From IMG/VR virus record IMGVR_UViG_3300038379_000423, positions 3,429-67,428 of that record: a DNA stretch of 64,000 bases; one strand, given 5' to 3'. Below the pieces are notes generated by a model. It made no database searches. It had not been told where the DNA came from and worked only from the letters and a program-made list of their open reading frames with translations. Source of the stretch: a virus (Duplodnaviria > Caudoviricetes). A program made the translations under genes and the position numbers. Of the stretch, positions 62,160 through 64,000 are shown piece after piece (positions within the stretch are counted from its first letter, which is position 1; the number at the start of each line of letters is the position of its first letter).

Positions 62160-62978
62160 TTAAAGAGAAACGCCAGCCTCCCGCTTCAAGCGGTCGGCTT
62201 TTGCGGGGTCGCCCCGCTGAATGATACCCTGTTTGGTAAGGTTGAAGCTTTCCCTGGACCACGGGTTCGCTTCACTCTTTCTTCCGACTGCACCGCCTGG
62301 CGCATCTCCACCGGAGGAAGGAGAAAAGAACGCAGGAATGAGTTCGCGCAATTCTTCGACGGCCTCCGAGACGGACTTCGGCTCTCCCTTGGGACCAAAT
62401 TCAAGGCTAATTTCGCCACCGTTGGATGCCGACTTGGAGCCAACCTTAATGGCGCCATCGATTACGTGAATACGAGACAAAAGTCTGTTGCGCACATCGA
62501 CGTAATGCTGCGGGAGCACTCGATTCTCTCGGCAGGCGTCATCCAGGCTGGATTCTACCAGCTTGGTGTTGATTTCGGTCTGCAAGTCGTTATTGCGCCT
62601 CGTAAGCTCGTTAATCCTCTCCTGGAGGGTTGTAAGCTGCCTCTCGTGGCTGGCGCGCATCGCCTCGGTGACTCGCTCGATGGCTTCCTTGCCTTTCCCA
62701 TCAGCGAGTAGCCGCAGGATCTCGTCCTGCTCGGCTTCCTTCAGTAGTCTCTGGAGGCGCTCGACGCCCTCTTCGCCGCCCAACCCTTCGATCTGTTTAG
62801 TGACTACAGCGAGTTTCTCCTTGAGTTCTTTCTTCTCCGAGATCAACTCGGAGTTGTTCGTCTTAAGTCCCTTGACTCTCTCAGCGACAGCGACCTCAAC
62901 AGCCTCCTGGAAGCTGAGCTCTTCCTTGGTGTCGCTGTTGCTCTCTTCCGTCTCTTCAACATTCTTCGGCATAACCAC
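62160..62978 (-). CDS. Capsid scaffolding protein
   Basis: Coiled coil, GLKTNN.EL..EKK, C-terminal GG..PGG...NPW..ESFNLTKQ. Confidence 0.85.
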   Translation of the reverse strand: MVMPKNVEETEESNSDTKEELSFQEAVEVAVAERVKGLKTNNSELISEKKELKEKLAVVTKQIEGLGGEEGVERLQRLLKEAEQDEILRLLADGKGKEAIERVTEAMRASHERQLTTLQERINELTRRNNDLQTEINTKLVESSLDDACRENRVLPQHYVDVRNRLLSRIHVIDGAIKVGSKSASNGGEISLEFGPKGEPKSVSEAVEELRELIPAFFSPSSGGDAPGGAVGRKSEANPWSRESFNLTKQGIIQRGDPAKADRLKREAGVSL

Positions 62979-63032
62979 TCCTGCGGTTTAAGGATGATGA
63001 CCGCCGCCTTCTGGCGGCTGGCTGGGTACCCC

Positions 63033-63269
63033 CTAGTTCTTGGCAATTCCTGCCAAGGCTAGCTCGGCTTCTACCAGATCCGCGATTATCTGCAAGGCGA
63101 GCGAGGATATCTTCGCTTGCACGCCGTGGCAGCCTTCGCACATACCCGGCAGGTAACTTCGTTCCATTGGGGACAGCGCCCTCCCGCAAGTCGGGCACCG
63201 ACCTAGGGGCGCGCGGGCGATCCAAGCCGCGCTCGTCTTTTCGTAATTCTGGGGCACCCCTTCTTTCAT
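63033..63269 (-). CDS. Small zinc-finger protein
   Basis: CPTC-x14-CEGC; start moved to ATG 63269. Confidence 0.55.
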   Translation of the reverse strand: MKEGVPQNYEKTSAAWIARAPLGRCPTCGRALSPMERSYLPGMCEGCHGVQAKISSLALQIIADLVEAELALAGIAKN

Positions 63270-63535
63270 CGCGTGTCGTTTCCCTGTCCTTGGGGCGGGG
63301 CGCCGTGAGCCCCAGCCTATTGGCAGTATATGTTTGCCACGGCAGCCTGTTGTTGGCGCGTTCAGCCTATTGATACTGTACATTTGCCTTATTGGCCACG
63401 CCGGGGCACCGTCGAGCTGCATAGACTATTGGTAGTATATATTGACCATATAGCACTATCGTGAAAGCGTGTATCTGGCCCGCCGCCCAAAATCCCGGCG
63501 CCCGTCACCCACCAAAAGTCAAGCAAAAAAGCCCT

Positions 63536-63709
63536 GCAATTTTGCATAGCTGGTATGCCAGCTGGCATAGCTGCTCCCACCAGCCAGCACTGAAAGTCAA
63601 TAAGCAATTTTGCATAGCTGGTATGCCAGCTGGCATAGCTGCTCCCACCAGCCAGCACTGAAAGTCAATAAGCAATTTTGCATAGCTGGTATGCCAGCTG
63701 GCATAGCTG
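63536..63709. repeat. 68-bp tandem repeat (2 full copies plus 38-bp partial), each with a 16-bp palindrome
   Basis: Units at 63536, 63604, 63672; TATGCCAGCTGGCATA at 63554, 63622, 63690. Confidence 0.97.
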
Positions 63710-63717
63710 AGCACAAA

Positions 63718-63804
63718 GCAATTGGGCCAGCGGGCAGCTGGCCCAATTGCGCTGCCTGGCGCGCTAAGCTGCTTAAGCTAGCAAGCTAGCAAGCTTAGCG
63801 CGCC
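63718..63804. other. Two perfect hairpins (14-bp and 13-bp stems), AGCT-rich; the first may terminate the upstream minus-strand gene
   Basis: GCAATTGGGCCAGC/GCTGGCCCAATTGC (63718-63750); GGCGCGCTAAGCT/AGCTTAGCGCGCC (63758-63804). Confidence 0.85.
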
Positions 63805-63816
63805 GCTATTCCCGGC

Positions 63817-64000
63817 TTACTGCTGCGGGAGCTCCCGCTTCAGAAGCCTGCCATTCCGGTACCACTCTTTGGTACCATCCGCCCATTCAACCGCGGGGCC
63901 GTCATCCCGGTGGAGTTCGCCATTCTGGTACCATGCTTTGGTACCACTAACCCATTCAACCGCGGGGCCGTCATCCCTGTGGAGTTCGCCATTCTGGTAC
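63817..64000 (-). CDS. 3' end of a second LHRxDGPA-repeat protein, truncated by window edge (absent from the ORF track)
   Basis: Manual translation YQNGELHRDDGPAVEWVSGTKAWYQNGELHRDDGPAVEWADGTKEWYRNGRLLKRELPQQ*. Confidence 0.9.
   Translation of the reverse strand, partial: YQNGELHRDDGPAVEWVSGTKAWYQNGELHRDDGPAVEWADGTKEWYRNGRLLKRELPQQ

Noticed and set aside
63536-63709. Mini-CRISPR array (38-bp palindromic repeat with 30-bp spacers)
   Set aside because: The two would-be spacers are identical, so it is a plain tandem repeat; no cas genes or leader are present.
1-64000. tRNA genes, integrase/att sites, IS elements or host flanking DNA
   Set aside because: None recognised by eye; tRNAscan-SE and HMM searches would be needed to exclude them fully.

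Overview
The window is most of the genome of a long-tailed (siphovirus-like) dsDNA phage, probably of a Gram-negative, plausibly alphaproteobacterial, host (inference). I see no integrase, tRNA, rRNA or CRISPR locus, and both edges cut through phage genes. Nearly all genes are on the minus strand. From left to right: (1) packaging: minor head protein fragment, portal, TerL, an HU/IHF-like gene, TerS. (2) A large replication/recombination block: SbcCD, resolvase, RecA, gp32-like SSB, DnaX-like clamp loader, UDG-fused PolA, beta-clamp-like protein, primase, SNF2 and DnaB helicases, sigma-like factor. It is interleaved with a 7-deazaguanine DNA-modification set (DpdA/TGT-like, PRTase-FolE fusion, QueD, QueE; no QueC in the window). 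(3) A divergent control region (26.8-29.5 kb) with sigma70-like promoters, 43-bp iteron-like repeats, structured non-coding DNA and a candidate anti-SD sRNA. (4) A long virion operon: GH26/GH16 hydrolase, fibres, gpJ/K/L-like proteins, two Dit-like domains each fused to a 21-aa repeat stalk, tape measure, frameshifted chaperones, lysis genes, a 14-aa repeat protein, tail tube, neck/adaptor, an accessory island with a mini-RTX gene, decoration proteins, major capsid protein and scaffold. (5) An AGCT-rich 68-bp repeat array. The strongest candidates for new biology are the repeat-stalk/small-subunit appendage system fused to core virion hubs, the PRTase-FolE plus DpdA modification pathway, the mini-RTX gene, a dispersed element with a flipped core, and the anti-SD sRNA. 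All functional calls come from motif recognition by eye; no database search was run.
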